A stretch of DNA of 64,000 nucleotides from Octopus vulgaris (GCA_951406725.2 OX597815.1:35774001-35838000), one strand, 5' to 3'. Positions 50,491 through 64,000 are shown, counted from the first letter of the stretch. Notes: generated by a model from the sequence alone, not told the origin. Made by a program: numbers and translations.

Positions 50491-52603
50491 GGAAAATCGA
50501 TGTGTGTTTGTTTGTGGCGTTGTTAGTTAACTCCTACATCATTTTATTGATTTTGATGAAACTTGATACGGGAGTAGAACTCATGCCATGAAACCTTGTG
50601 ACATACTTAGATTGTTGAAAAAATTGATAATACGGCCCCTGGAAGGGATCTTTATATCTATCTCATATAACTAGTTTTTAAATACCCAAGGGAAACAACC
50701 CATAACACCTGCATAATATTTGTTTTAAACACTCAAGGGAAATATCCGTAGCAACTGCACTTACAGTTGATAGTTTTTAGCGAAGCAATCAATATTTGAT
50801 TATCATGATCAGCGGACCTAATTCTGCATTTCACTACTCACAGTTTTCAACTGCTAAACCTTATTATTGCACCTTCTTGATGCATATACACTTTCAATGC
50901 CCATAATTCCGATAATTCTGCATTTCTCCAGTTAAAATATTTCGATGCCAGTACATAAATTTTTGATTCCAGAATGTATTTAATAAGTGTGTCCCAATGC
51001 AATGAACTCAAACTTTGAATGCTTAAAATTTTTGAATAATGAATCCAAATTTCCACACCACATTCAGTTGTATCACTTATACATATTTTACAAAGATATT
51101 TATTGCTTATTTACAGTTCATACAACATTTTCATGAAACTAATTCAGCCATCGAATTCAGAAATATTTCACAGGTTTCATTGTTTATATTCGATTATTTT
51201 GAATATTGATTTTTTGTGTGTCCAATTTCTAATTTTTGCAGACAATATCACTTTTATACGTTATTTGTCACATGAGTAGAACTCATGCCTGGAAACCTCA
51301 TGACATACTTAGATTGTTGAAAAAAGTCGATAATAGGGCCCCTGCAATGGATCCATCTATCTACTACATATTAATAATATTTTATTTAAACAACCCAAGG
51401 GAAATAACCCATACTACCTGCATTTTTTAGCGAAGCGATCAATGCTTGATTCTCACGATCAGCCGACCTAATTCTGCATTTCACTACTCAGTTTTTCTAA
51501 TTTTACACTTTTACCATTGATAAACAAAAAATATTGTTGAAACTAGTTTGGTATATATGTAAAAAGAATAAGTCCCGGGGTCGAGTTGCTCGATTAAAGG
51601 CGGTGCTCCAGCATGGCCGCAGTCAAATGACTGAAACAAGTAAAAGAGTAAAGAGTAAAAAGAGATTTACGATTTTTTGAAATTTAAGTGCATTTTCAAC
51701 AACACATTTTCCTATATATTGTTTTCCTGCGTGGAAACACCACTCCCTCTTTTGTATGTATATATGCCTGTATATATGTGAGATAATAGTGTCACTTTAA
51801 TAGTTTCAGTATTAAAGTGAAAATATCTGACATTACAATAGAGAGATATTATTCTATCACTTTTGACACATGATACTGAAACAGTGGAAGAGATATGATA
51901 TTGCTCTGGGCTTGCACTAGACAAGAAGTTGTAACGGGAATTAGTTGCTTCTTGCACTATTGGGGTGCAACTCGGGTGCATTCACAATTTCCGTTCCTTT
52001 AATTTCCAGATTCTACCAGTCAAAAAACACAAACGCAACAGTAAAAATATATACTCTTTATTTTTCTTATAACAGTAAGAAATAAGGTGGTATATTTGGT
52101 TTCACTTGGTATGGATGTGGCAAGGCTGAAACTTTAACGCTTGTAAGAATCTTACAAGTTCAGCAGCAACAGAGCTAGTCAAATATGGTGTCCTTAGAGA
52201 GCGGAGAAAATACACGTCTGCTACAATTTGGTGTGGGCAGCCTTCTGCCGACTGCTACGTGTCTCTGGACGCTTTTTGGTTAAGGTTCACGCTCCCTCGC
52301 CTCCTGTCAGCTAAAATGCCACATCATCATTTCCTTCTTCCGGTCTTCGCGCATGCGCGAGAGGGCACTTACCCTCTGCCTTTCCAGAAGGCTCCAACCC
52401 CGCACACGCGAACTGAAGATGACGTTGCGCGCGCGCGCACTGTTGGATAGCGTCACTACAAAGTTAAAAATTTTTATGGCCTATGACACTACATGGACCT
52501 TAAGTAAGGCATGTGTAAAATTTGAATAAATTGGTTGTGTAGTTCTCAAGTTTTAGGGATTCACACAGACACACACACATCCTCATCTTTATATATATAG
52601 ATA

Positions 52604-53026
52604 CCAGATGACCCCGTGCCATCAAAAATGACAGCTAATTGTAGTATTCTATATAAAAATAAGGTACAAAATCAAGTTTTAATTTAATAATTCTTTTCTT
52701 ACCAAATTTATAATATACCTTTCAACTGCAGTTGTTTTATATTCTTGATACACTCAGGCAATAATTATTTTCTCTAATGAGTTTGAATATGTATATGTTT
52801 GTGTAGGTGTGTGTGATTGTAGTAATTATTTTATAACAAAACAGATACAATATGGATGGTAAATCAAAATAATACACTTGTAAATGTTATCCAGTAGTTG
52901 TCTTTTGAGATGTGACATCGATTATCTTTTCTTGTACACGTACACACATATACTCACACAGAGTTGAAACGCTGTTTGATTTTTCTTTTCAGCGTTGAAT
53001 GTTCACCATCCCACTTCCATTGCGCG

Positions 53027-53070
<44 letters not shown>

Positions 53071-53559
53071 CAAACGCAAACATTCACATACCTCCCTTTT
53101 AAATATACAAACATACTCACATAGTTGAAACGCCTTTTGGTTTTTTCCCCATAGAATTTCCATCATTCCACTACCAGTTTGCCATCGCCCCTTCCTTCCT
53201 CCCTTCCTTCCCTCCTTCCTTCCTTCCTTCCGTCCGTTCATCCTTCCATCCTTCCTTCCTTCCTTTCTTCCTTCCTTCCTTCCGTCCTTCCTTCCTCCCT
53301 TCCTCCCTTCCTTCCCTCCTTCCTTCCTTCCTTCCGTCCGTCCTTCCTTCCTTCCGTCCTTCCTTCCGTCCTTCCTTCCCTCCTTCCTTCCTTCTTTCCT
53401 TCCTTCCTTCCTTCCTTCCTTCCTTCCTTCCTTCCTTCCTTCCTTCCTTCCTCCCTTCCTTCCTTCCTTCCTTCCTTCCTTTCTTATTCATCTATGAACC
53501 CTTCCTTTCTCATTCGTATGTTGTGACGGAGAAAAACACGAGAGTATTATTATAGTAGG
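52604..53559 (-). mobile_element. Helitron-like family F copy with an expanded (CCTT)n tract (53190-53480)
   Basis: Shares both termini and body with 10121-10722. Confidence 0.7.
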
Positions 53560-53961
53560 TACATGACGAAGATAATCAGTTTGATTTACACACACACACA
53601 CATACACGCACACACACACGCACACAAACACACAGAAAGGTAGTTTAGTAAGAGAATCGTATTGTTCATTTAATTAGATAAGTTTAACTCAAGAAATATA
53701 ATCAACTAAATCGATTCCAGTATCTAGCAGATATCCTACATTAATGACTGGAAATATGAATGACAAAGTCCGCTGATGAGATCATAATAATACTGAAACA
53801 TAATTGCCTCCTGTACTTGCTAATATCCCCCTTCCTTTTCCCTGCATAAATATTTCAAGTTAGCTTTTTTATGCTTCACTCCGTTATATATGTTCATAAT
53901 AAACTTAGCCGAAATAAGTTGCTACCAACTCTGTTCTAACTACTCAATATCCAGAATGTAT

Positions 53962-54184
53962 ATTCTTTTACTTGTTTCAGTCATTTGACTGTGGCCATGT
54001 TGGAGCACCGCCTTGAGTCAAGCAAATCGACTCCAGGACTTATTCTTTGTAAGCCTAGTACTTATTTTATCGGTAACTTTTGCCGAACCACCAGGTTACG
54101 GGGACGTAAACACACCAGCATCAGTTGTCAAGCGATGTTGGGGGGGACAAACACAAACACACAAACACACACACAAACACACAT

Positions 54185-54245
<61 letters not shown>

Positions 54246-54368
54246 TACATACATATATATGACGAGCTTCTTTCAGTTTCCATCTACCAAATCCACTCAC
54301 AAGGCTTTGGTTGGCCCGATGCTATAGTAGAAGACCCTTGCCCAAGGTGCCACGCAGTGGGACTGAAA
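53962..54368 (-). mobile_element. SINE family A copy just upstream of BIN3
   Basis: Reverse match to family A with an internal (CA)n. Confidence 0.85.
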
Positions 54369-54675
54369 CCGAGTTGTTTTTTTCTTTCTTTTTTGTTAAC
54401 TCCAATAGTGTGAATACCTAAATAGATATTTGGTTGGGCGTGGAGTGTCATAATTCATTTGTAATGGTGAAATTGTATTTTTCATGCATTTGATTGGAGA
54501 GAAAAGAGAAGTAAAAGAAACGAGGAGAATTTTGTGACGTTTAGGTTTTACCAGATGTTTGAAGCAGTAACATAGAATATCGATTAAAGAAGATATAAGT
54601 ACGGGTAACTTCCAGAACGATAGGCAGAAGAGTTAACATCGTCAACTGATGTGGTTGGAAATATAATACCAGAAA

Positions 54676-54683
54676 ATGAGCAA
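54676..54683 (+). CDS. BIN3: Bridging integrator 3, coding part of exon 1 (ATGAGCAA)
   Basis: aaaATGAGCAA|gtaaat. Eight coding nt with a phase-2 intron, as I recall for vertebrate BIN3 (ATGAGCTG). In frame with exon 2. Confidence 0.7.
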
Positions 54684-55135
54684 GTAAATATTTTATTTAT
54701 TCTGTAGTAATTATGTTATAGCAATATATGTTTCATAAATATTCATTTCACATTAAACCTTGATCTGTTTTAAGTACGAACATTAAGTAAGAAAAGAAAA
54801 CAAAGCAAAATACTCGTAATATTGTAACGCCGGTACTACTTAAATACAGAGGTCCCGACGCATCTATGTAACCCTAACCCTAAAACTAACTCTAAACCTC
54901 AACCTTAACCCTAAACAAATTCTCTATAGCAGCTAGCCTTCCTGCCACCAGGCCTCACCTCTATTCAATATTTTCCCTTAGCCAGACATGTTTTAAATGG
55001 AAGACTAGCTACAAACAACACTGCTTGTATGATGGTGATGCTCATTTACAAGGCAAGGATACACACACTATAGAAGACATCTGTCCAAGATGCTGCACCT
55101 TTTGGGTCCTAGCTTGGTAACTACATGTGTGTGTG

Positions 55136-55215
<80 letters not shown>

Positions 55216-55370
55216 TGTGTGTGTGTGTGTGTTAGGGCACTGTAATTACAATGTTTAACATTTCAGAGTTTTAAGATTCTTATCAATTCTGATCTTAGTA
55301 ATATCGTAAGTTATTCTGTTCTTTACTCTTTGGAATTAAGCTAATTTCTTTTGAATTTTTGTATTTACAG

Positions 55371-55419
55371 AATATTCAGGCAAATTTCTGCACCAGAAAG
55401 AACTGTTACTTTGTGGAAT
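55371..55419 (+). CDS. BIN3: Bridging integrator 3, exon 2 (49 nt; IFRQISAPERTVTLWN)
   Basis: tttacag|...aat|gtaagt; phase-compatible with exons 1 and 3. Confidence 0.8.
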
Positions 55420-58400
55420 GTAAGTCGCTTTGATAATCTTACAATTGTCATCGAAGTAGATTTTCATTGTTCATTAGTGATGTATATTAAATCAATTATC
55501 ATCAAATCATTATTACTCAATGCAAAGAATTGTTTTGAATCTGTGAGTAGATTAATATGAGAGAACCATTAAATTTATTTAGTATCAGCAAAAACCTATT
55601 CATCAATTTAAATGATTTAAATCCCCAAAGGGCATTTTGCATAATAAATATGTGGGATCAGAAGGGATTGATTCAACTTATGCAGTTGAAAGCTGACATT
55701 CATATATGAAATAAAAAGATATACATTATTGCAACAAAATACAATTTGATGGTCTGCATTTATGATTTATATATAACTAGATTAAAAACTGCACTTCATG
55801 CAGACTTTTAAGTAGCTCTCATGGAGGGCTAATTGGGTCTGCAGCCCAAAACCGAGGTGAGCTAAATAGCATGACTATAATACATCTATAATGACTATAT
55901 GCCCCAGTGGTGTTTAATCAGAGGCTAAGGACAGGTGAGAGTTAATTCTGTAATGCAATCATTCAATTGTTCCAGTCCCAAGTTGAATTCCAACTGTTGG
56001 CCAATTTGTCCCAAAGTTCTTATCTCGACATAAAAGTAACAAAGTGAATGTCATTTATCTCCCCCTTGATCTCTGATGTCATCTGACAAATACCAACCAG
56101 GATGACGTGAATCAGCCAAACTTTACCTGCTAGAAGTAGCAACTCAAATGCTTTTAAATCAGATCCCAATACTGCATGTTCAAGAACCAAATGAAGGGCA
56201 GGTTTTCAATCCCAGAATCATTCTGATTTCAAAAAGGTATAATGTGTCCATATTGAGCAAACATAGATTGAGAAACAGGGTTCCCAAATGGACAGTCAGA
56301 ATTTATAATAGATTAATCTGTATTGCATATTTTGTGTTGTTTCTTAAAACATAGTTATAATAATTTGTTAGCTGAAATCAAAAGACAGTGAAACCTTTTA
56401 TGTAATATGTGTTTCCCCATAGGTGGATTCACTTACATTGTCACAGATAAGCTCTGATTTTTTTTTTAACTACCTGATAAACAACTTCACTATATTATAG
56501 TGTTGTAAACATGTAACATTCTCAAATATTTTGACCTTGTTTTGGTTTCCTGTTTAAGTAAATAATAAAGTTCTGGGTTTGGCAATGGTAGACTGAGCTA
56601 ATATTAAGGCATACAATCTTCAAAAGAGCATTTAAAATTTATGTTCATACTTAATTTACTAATGTAAAAATACCTCTGTACCTACTACTCTTCATTGTGT
56701 ATCATACAAACACTATTTTTGTTGCCAAGAAAGTACTGATGGTCTACAAAAGTGTATATTAGGTCAGTTCATGGCTGTTTGTAATTTGATATGGGAGAAA
56801 AAATGTTGCAACTTAAAACCAATTACTTTTGCAGTGGTTGTCAAGAGGTGATAGCTTGGAAGAGTTTGTTGATTTGTATGACTCAGTTGTGAACATTCTT
56901 GCCAATGTAAGATGATCCCTTTGTAATGAGTTAAAAACATGTAAAAGGCATCTGTTCTATTAAAAATTTAATGATGTACAGAAACAGTGGCAGTGGAAGA
57001 AAACTACTTTCATTCAAATTTAAATAAATCCTAATAGGCTTTTCCTCATCAATGTAGGCTTACTTAAACCTCTATAGGTATGTAGACGTTTTAAGTATTT
57101 TTTCAAGCTCTCTGTATTGGAAGAAGGGAATTTGAAAACATTTCATTTTGTGACTTCAAGGTATATATAATACAACTTGAAAAATTAAGGAGATGCTTTA
57201 GAGTATGTTTTAAGGCCTCAAGAAAATACACCTACTTAACTGGGTTGATTTGGAAATAGAGAATTCAGACACTGAATCTCATAAGATGAACTTATTGATG
57301 TATATTGAAACTGAGTTGTTTTAACAAAGCAATGAAACTGATTAAACTTAGAAGAGTGAGGTGATTTATGACTAAAATTAATTAATTTCCAACCAAATAC
57401 AAGTGGCCTTGCTTATACACATCAAGCAAATCTATTCCATTAATTATGCCAGCTAATTAATTAAAAAAAATTGTTTATTTATTTGAATGTGTCTAATGTT
57501 ACCCTTTATAATTATAAAGTTGTTTTTTCTCTCAGTATTACTGTCTTTATAATTATAAATATTTTTTTTGTACATGTCTGGGGTTAATAAAGGATCAAGA
57601 GTTCCATGAACGTCAAAATGTCTGGGAAACCCTGACTTAGAGGGTCAGTTTTATCAAGTTAACCTCATTAAACAAACAAGAAAGACAGTTATTCCACTAG
57701 ATATTATAGCCAAAGGTACAATGTATGTAAGGTTATGTTATAAGGCTCAGACTGCAATGTTAAAACTTCAAGCATTGTGCCAAACATTTGTAGTCTTCCT
57801 TGGTAAGTTACATTACTTTGTCTGCCTCAAAATCATAAATGGTTGATTAATAATTGGAAATTTGTCCTCCTTCAATAATTCATGAGTATCTGTAAAAAAT
57901 TAAGTATTGGATAAAGTCAAATGTGCTATCCTTTAAGGATTTATGGGCAAACTGCAGCCATATAGTATGCCTAACAAAATTACCTTGAATATTTTTTAGT
58001 TGTGCAGTCTGCTTCATGATAAGCCATGTCTCATGTTGGCTCACTGCTTGAAGAAGGTCGCCTATACCCCGGGGCAAGCCCAAGGTGGTGGGGAGTGCTG
58101 AGGTGCACGTGTCCCCACCTCCTCTCAAGAAAAGAAGTGCACCTTCTACATAATGTTATTATGCTCTTTACTTTTGGAATTGTATTCCCTTCTGACCTTG
58201 TGCATTGCTTTAGAAAAATTCCTGGGACAGTGCCTGCATACCTGCTTTAAAGCATGAGGTTACTGTAAAGGCAGGGTTAATCTGTTGCCCAGTTTAGCAC
58301 CATTGTCTGTCCCACATGAGGTTTTAGCTGTATACACTCCATAGCAGGCATTTGAGTCTGGTCTCTAATCTCAAGTTTCTTTGGTCAGACATTCAAGCCA

Positions 58401-59022
58401 ATAAAAAAAAAATTGTGAAAGGAAACCTTGATAGCACCGTTTTCTTAAGCATGATGTTTAACTGAAAATAGGTGCCAAGTTGCATCCATTTTTAAACACA
58501 TTTCTTCCTTTTTATTAACTGAGTTCCCCCAAACTGTGGTGAGATATATATTATGGAAAACAAGATGCAGTAAGTTAAAAAGACCAAAAATGTTAACATG
58601 TCCCATCTAAATTCTCAGTCGTTTAATGGAAAGTTTGCTGTATTTCCAAGTTAAAGTTTTGGATATATAGGAAATTATTTCTAGTTGACAAACAAAAACA
58701 TTTTGAATTAGAATAAATACCATAAAGTATTATTTTGTTTTATCTATCTATACAGCAAGCTCAACTTCTACTAAAGCTAGTTTTGCCTTTTATTCCACAC
58801 AGGGTTTAATAAATTGCATACCAGTGATGTGATATGGCCTATTTAGTCAACTTTCTCCTTCTCATAAATTTCTGGCCCTCTGCTAATATGTGAGAAATCA
58901 TTATCTAATGAAGTTGGATATTGTTTCAAGATAGTGAGTGTGCATGTAGCATTTTCTTTTTTGTTCAGATTTCTGATTATCTCTCAGTTACAAATAAGTC
59001 AAATGTTTTACATTTTTTTCAG

Positions 59023-59063
59023 GAAACAGAGGAATTTGAAAAGGAAGGCAAGAAGCTTGCAAA
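59023..59063 (+). CDS. BIN3: Bridging integrator 3, exon 3 (41 nt; ETEEFEKEGKKLAK)
   Basis: ttttttcag|...aaa|gtgagt; aligns to human VERDFEREYGKLQQ. Confidence 0.88.
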
Positions 59064-61107
59064 GTGAGTTAATTGTTGTTGGTGTTGTTGTTTAGGATTG
59101 GCCTTGGTCTTATTTTCAAGTCTATAGTGAAAATCTGGGTTGTGTCAATGCAAGGTTGAGCTTCCCAACTTGCATTTTCTGTGTTATACTGTCTTGTTGG
59201 AAATGATCAAAGCCATTCCAGCTTTGGCCATCCTATTTTTTGTTTCAGGCACAGTGAATCTAGGGCTGCATAATCTTAAAGGAAAGCATATATTGCAATT
59301 TAAAAGATGTTTGGCTATTATTTCTAGCTGGTCAAATGACCATGTAGAAGCTTTCTCATAGGTTCAAGAGTGAGTTGGATGTATGTTTGCCAATTAATTA
59401 CCAAAAAGGTAATGAAAGTTTTAAATGAAACTTAAATTGGTAGCAGCATAGTTTGTTTAAAATATTGGTCAGTCACACTCAGCTGTGTAAATTGTATGAC
59501 ATCAACAGGTATTTGATATAATAAATTGTTGAACTTTTAGATAACCTTCATCAGATGTGATTGGTTGACCCATTTGATGCTTGCCTATTATAATTCATCT
59601 CACAGAATTGTTTCTCAAACGACATGAGAAAAAGTTTGCTATACAGCAATTCTATTTAGAGAAAGTGTGATCCACATACAATTATAGTAACCACTACCAC
59701 CACCACCACCAGTTTCTTTTAATTACCATAAATTCCCAACTCCTAAGATGCTACAATTGATAAGACACACTTTATAGTTAGGACATTTTTGACACTTTAT
59801 AAAAATATCAGAATTCATTGAGGTAGATTTTCTATAGCCAAATGCTCTTCCAACCAAACCCAACCTGTTTTCAAGTAAAGTATAATTTCCTTATAAGTAG
59901 TCATGTTTTGAAGGAAGATTGGAAATGAAGTGCACCACTTGCATGACAGGCACACTTGCTTAGAACTATCATGCAATGTCAAGGCAAGGAGACTGTAACA
60001 CACACACACACACACACACACGTGTGTACATATATGTGTGTGTGTGCGGTGGCACATAAAATGCACTGTTTAAGCGTTGGACCTCGCGGAGGTAGTGACA
60101 AATGACCAAGACCTTTAGTGATGTATCATGCTTGTGTAGACCTGTCAAGCTAAGCGAGACCGTGGTCATGGCTGATGCTAGTATCAAGTCAATGGTGCCA
60201 GTGGCATGTAAAAAACACCCACTACACTCTCAGAGTGGTTGGCATTAGGAAGAGCACCCATCCAAATCAGATCAGAACCTGGTGCAGCTTACCAGTTATT
60301 AGTCAAACCATCCAGCCCATGCCAGCATGGAAAGCAGACGTTAAATGATGATGATGATGGTGATGGCATGTGTGTGTGATGGGCATCGTCTCAGTTTCTG
60401 TCTATAAAATCCATTCACCAGGCTTTGGTCAGTCCAGGTCTATAGTAGAAGACACTTGTCCAAGGTACCACACAGTAGAACTCAACCTGAAACCATGTGA
60501 TAGGGAAGTAAATTTCTTACCACACAGCTATGCTTGCACCTGTGTGTATACAGTAATCCCTCGACTATCACAGGTGTTATGCTCCAAAACCCAATACAAT
60601 AGGTAAAAATCCACAAAGTAGACACACTACTGGACTATATATTTTTGTAATTATTTTTATAATTTACTTATATTTCATCATCATCATCATTGTTTAACAT
60701 CCACTTTCCATATTGACATGGGTTGGATGGTTTGACTGAGGTCTGGTAAGACTGTAGGCTGCACCAGGCTCCAATCTGATCTGGCAATGTTTCTACAGCT
60801 GGATGCCCTTCCTAATGCCAACCACTCGGAGAGTGTAGTGGGTGCATTTTATGTGCCACCGGCATAGGAGCCAGTCAGAGGGCACTTGCATCGACTAATT
60901 GCTAAGCTGTAATCTCTACATAAGTGAGATTCGTAAGTTCTCCCATGAAAATTTACATCCTATAACTTATCCATGATGTAAGATTAAAAAGAGAAAAAAT
61001 CCATGTCATTGTTAACATTTTTACTTTTTGTTCAGTCTTTTGAATCTTTCTCCTTAAAAATAAAATAAACATCTCTTATTTCTTTCTTTTTTTTATTTTC
61101 ATTTCAG

Positions 61108-61169
61108 GCTCGAGGAGATATCTCGGAAACTTGAAGAGGCTTCTAAAAAGTACTCAGAGACAGCTTTAA
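61108..61169 (+). CDS. BIN3: Bridging integrator 3, exon 4 (62 nt; LEEISRKLEEASKKYSETAL)
   Basis: atttcag|...taa|gtgagt; aligns to human LEEQTRRLQKDMKKSTDADL. Confidence 0.9.
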
Positions 61170-61866
61170 GTGAGTATTTATAACAGCATTTTACATTTAT
61201 GCCCTGCATCTAAAATTAGAAATAGTTAAGTTGATGAATTTTTAGGACAGTTTAGAATTATATTCTATTATGTTAATTATTTACCCAGATGTTTATAGTT
61301 TGTTAGGCAGGTAGTGGTATAGTATCTATTATCACCAGGGTGATATTTCGATATGAGCACAATGTATATCACTTCTTAAAGCATGTGTATTTGTTTGCTT
61401 CTGAAGAAGATTGTCGCTTTCCATAAATTTTTTATTATTTTTTTACACATGTAGGGTGGGGGGAAAGGGGATCTTTTGAAGTTATCATAAAAGCGAAAGT
61501 GACAGAGAATGCACGATTGGATCAGGGAAGTTCTTTTGAAGTTGGTGTGCCATGCACATGCGTGCTTGCGTGCATGCATGCATGTTTGATTGATTGATTG
61601 ATGGGGTGTGTGAAACAGAAAGTATGGTGTGAATGTGAAGTTCTTTTGTTAGTGTGTGTGAAGCAACAGAGAGAGAGAGAGAGAGAGAGAGAGCAATGGT
61701 GCTGGTGTGTGAGTATGTGAAAGAGAGAGAGAGAGAGATAACTGAAATTTTTTTATTCACATTTTGCAGTGAGTGAATGTGTGAGTGATTGACAGAGAAC
61801 AAGAGAGAGAGAGAGAGAGAGAAAGGATATGTATGTATGAATGCCTTCAGTGACACACAGGCACAC

Positions 61867-61904
<38 letters not shown>

Positions 61905-61949
61905 ATAGATGGATATATATACATAAATGTATATATATATATATATATA

Positions 61950-62160
61950 ACGGGAAGCTTTATGAAAATAGACAAAAGACGAAGGCAGGTGGAAAACAAA
62001 CAAACAATTGTATTAGTATGGCGCTCAGGAAATATAAATAAAACAAGTCTTTAACGTTTCGAGCCTACGCTCTTCAACAGAAAGATACACAGAGAAAAAA
62101 AACACAGAAAGAAGGAGAGAAAAAAATGCGTGCAGTAACTAACGAATCAACATGGCGATC
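61950..62160 (-). mobile_element. Short Penelope-derived repeat with a variant hammerhead motif (62048-62085), antisense in BIN3 intron 4
   Basis: Minus strand TCTTT-CTGTTGAA-GAGC-GTAG-GCTC-GAAAC-GTT-AAAGA. Confidence 0.6.
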
Positions 62161-63373
62161 CATGTATGTATATATGTATGCATATATTGATGTATATATA
62201 ATGCGTATATGGTTGTGTGTATGTATATTTTATGGCAGTGAATTGGCTGAATGAACATAATCATCATCATTTAATGTCCATGTTACATGCTGGCAGAGAC
62301 TGGATAGTTTGACAGGATCTGATTGGTCCAAGGACTGCTCTGAGCTCTACTGTCTGCTCTGGTGTGGTTTCTATGGCTGGATGCCCTTCTTAATACCAAC
62401 CACTTGACAGTTTGTACTGAGATCTTTTCTCACGCCACCAGGACTAGTGAGGTTACCATGTAGCATGCAAAACTATGAACCCCAAATGGTGGGGTTCAAC
62501 TTTATGCTAAGGGTTGAAGGGTTAAAGTATGAGAGGAGGTGGTGGTGGACAGAGCAGTTCCTTGTTGTGGAGTAGCTACATGGCTACTCATATTTAGAAG
62601 AGAAGGTGAGAATGATCAGTAAGCATTCTGCAAAGAGATAAACATTGGTGATGAGGTATCCATGTAGAACATCACGGTATGAGGTAAGTTAAAGTGAGTG
62701 AGGACAGATGAACTAGGAGTGTGAGTGTGAATTTGCCAGAGTGCATGATAGATCAAGGGCTGGAGGAATGAGATAGGAGGGGAGATGGACAACAACTGTA
62801 AAGATTGTATATAGTTGAAGGATAGATGTAGGGCACGATAGACAAGTGGTGGTGCATGACAAATGATGTATGAGTTGGGGAAGATAGAGGAATGCAGAAG
62901 AGAATGGAGGGTGGGGAAAGAATTGCAGAGCAGTAATGATGATACAGTTGACAGGGAGAGAACAAGGGGCAGGAGTAATGAATGAGGAGAGATAATTGGG
63001 TCCAGTGGCGATGGGAATGAATCAGTGTAATGTGTGAATAGAGAGAATATTAATGGATGAAGAATGGCTAACAGGTGAAATGGTTCGGCTGGCAAACATG
63101 ATTGTTTACAGTATGGAGTTACTGTTCTTTACGTTCTAAATTCAAATGCTACAAGGGTCAGCTTTGCCTTTTGTCCTTCCTGAATAAGTACTAATCAAAT
63201 ATCTGGGTCAGTATCCTTGTTATATCCTGCTCTGTAATTTGAGACCAGAGAAATCATTACCACTATCATCAAGAATAATATAGCTTCTTTTCCATGCAAC
63301 TTTCTTATTAATGTAACCTTATTAAACTAATTCTTTTTTTTTTCAAGACTTACAATATGTTTCTGTTTCACAG

Positions 63374-63510
63374 ATCTGAGTAAATGTGAACAGAGAATCA
63401 CACAAGATTTAATGGCCAGTGCATTATGTAAGTCAGAATCAGAATTAAAGCATCACTGTGAAGAGTGGGATAATTCAATTGTCAAGTTGAACCCTCATAT
63501 GCAAGAAATG
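63374..63510 (+). CDS. BIN3: Bridging integrator 3, exon 5 (137 nt; BAR domain); gene continues past the window end
   Basis: tttcacag|...atg|gtaagt. LSKCEQRITQDLMASALCKSESELKHHCEEWDNSIVKLNPHMQEM aligns to human MSKSAVKISLDLLSNPLCEQDQDL...NQEK. Confidence 0.9.
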
Positions 63511-64000
63511 GTAAGTAATCTCTTATTATAAAAGGCAGATTTTATCTGCCACCCTTTGTATCTTATAGAAATCTACAATATAGGATTTCTTCAATTACAA
63601 TTTACCTAGCATTTTTAAGAGTAGAATGCATCGGGTCGTGCCAGGTCCAGTTTTTAAAATTTCAACCCCAATTAAGCAAAATTTAGAGAAAACTCACATT
63701 GTGGTGTCTAAATCAAATGCTTCTCTTAGTGTGGCCTACACCACACGCACACGCACGCACACAGTGTGCAACGAATAAAGTGAAAGTAATTCACTTTTTG
63801 TAGTGAGTGACTCTTTCATTCTGCCACTTCCTCTTTACACACATAGACACGCAAATATATAAATAAAATTGTAAGCTAACGTGTGTGTGTGCGTGTGTGT
63901 GTAAGTGTGTGTGTGAGGGTGCGTGTGTGTGTGTGTGTGTGTGTGTGCGTGTGCGTGAGTGTGTGACAGGAAAGTTTTTTAGGACGAATATAAGACCTAT

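Noticed and set aside
50570-51500. ~250-bp direct repeat pair (50572-50850 and 51273-51495) as possible paired LTRs
   Set aside because: No TG...CA termini, PBS/PPT or TSD; more likely an internal duplication in an unclassified repeat.
53171-53526. GRKE/PSFL-repeat ORFs
   Set aside because: (CCTT)n expansion inside a Helitron-like element.
53770-53805. CTGATGA...GAAAC hammerhead-like motif (also ttcatcag at ~59547)
   Set aside because: No convincing stem II, stem I or cleavage triplet; at best decayed remnants.
57880-58420. GC-richer segment with short ORFs in BIN3 intron 2
   Set aside because: No recognisable motifs and not needed for the BIN3 frame. Probably an old TE fragment that I cannot classify.

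Overview
This is AT-rich, repeat-dense eukaryotic (animal) genomic DNA. The tRNA-derived SINE families and extreme (TA)n/(TATG)n/(CA)n content strongly suggest an octopus. Two genuine protein-coding genes are recognisable, arranged head-to-head about 15 kb apart. One is an intronless cysteamine dioxygenase ADO (38799-39557, minus strand). The other is the first five coding exons of BIN3 (54676-63510, plus strand; 8/49/41/62/137 nt; the gene continues beyond the window), which the ORF track misses. The rest is mostly mobile DNA: mariner remnants, CR1-type, RTE, RTE-X and Tx1/L1 LINE fragments, a Penelope-like element (RT + GIY-YIG), solo LTRs with 4-bp TSDs, non-autonomous Helitron-like elements, MITEs and many SINEs. 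Several Penelope/retrozyme-type hammerhead ribozyme motifs are present. There are also weakly supported plus-strand spliced lncRNA/small-ORF candidates. The most interesting inference is that the divergent ADO-BIN3 pair preserves an ancient BIN3-ADO-EGR microsynteny, which predicts an EGR gene to the left of the window. Almost all other ORFs in the track are microsatellite or SINE artefacts.
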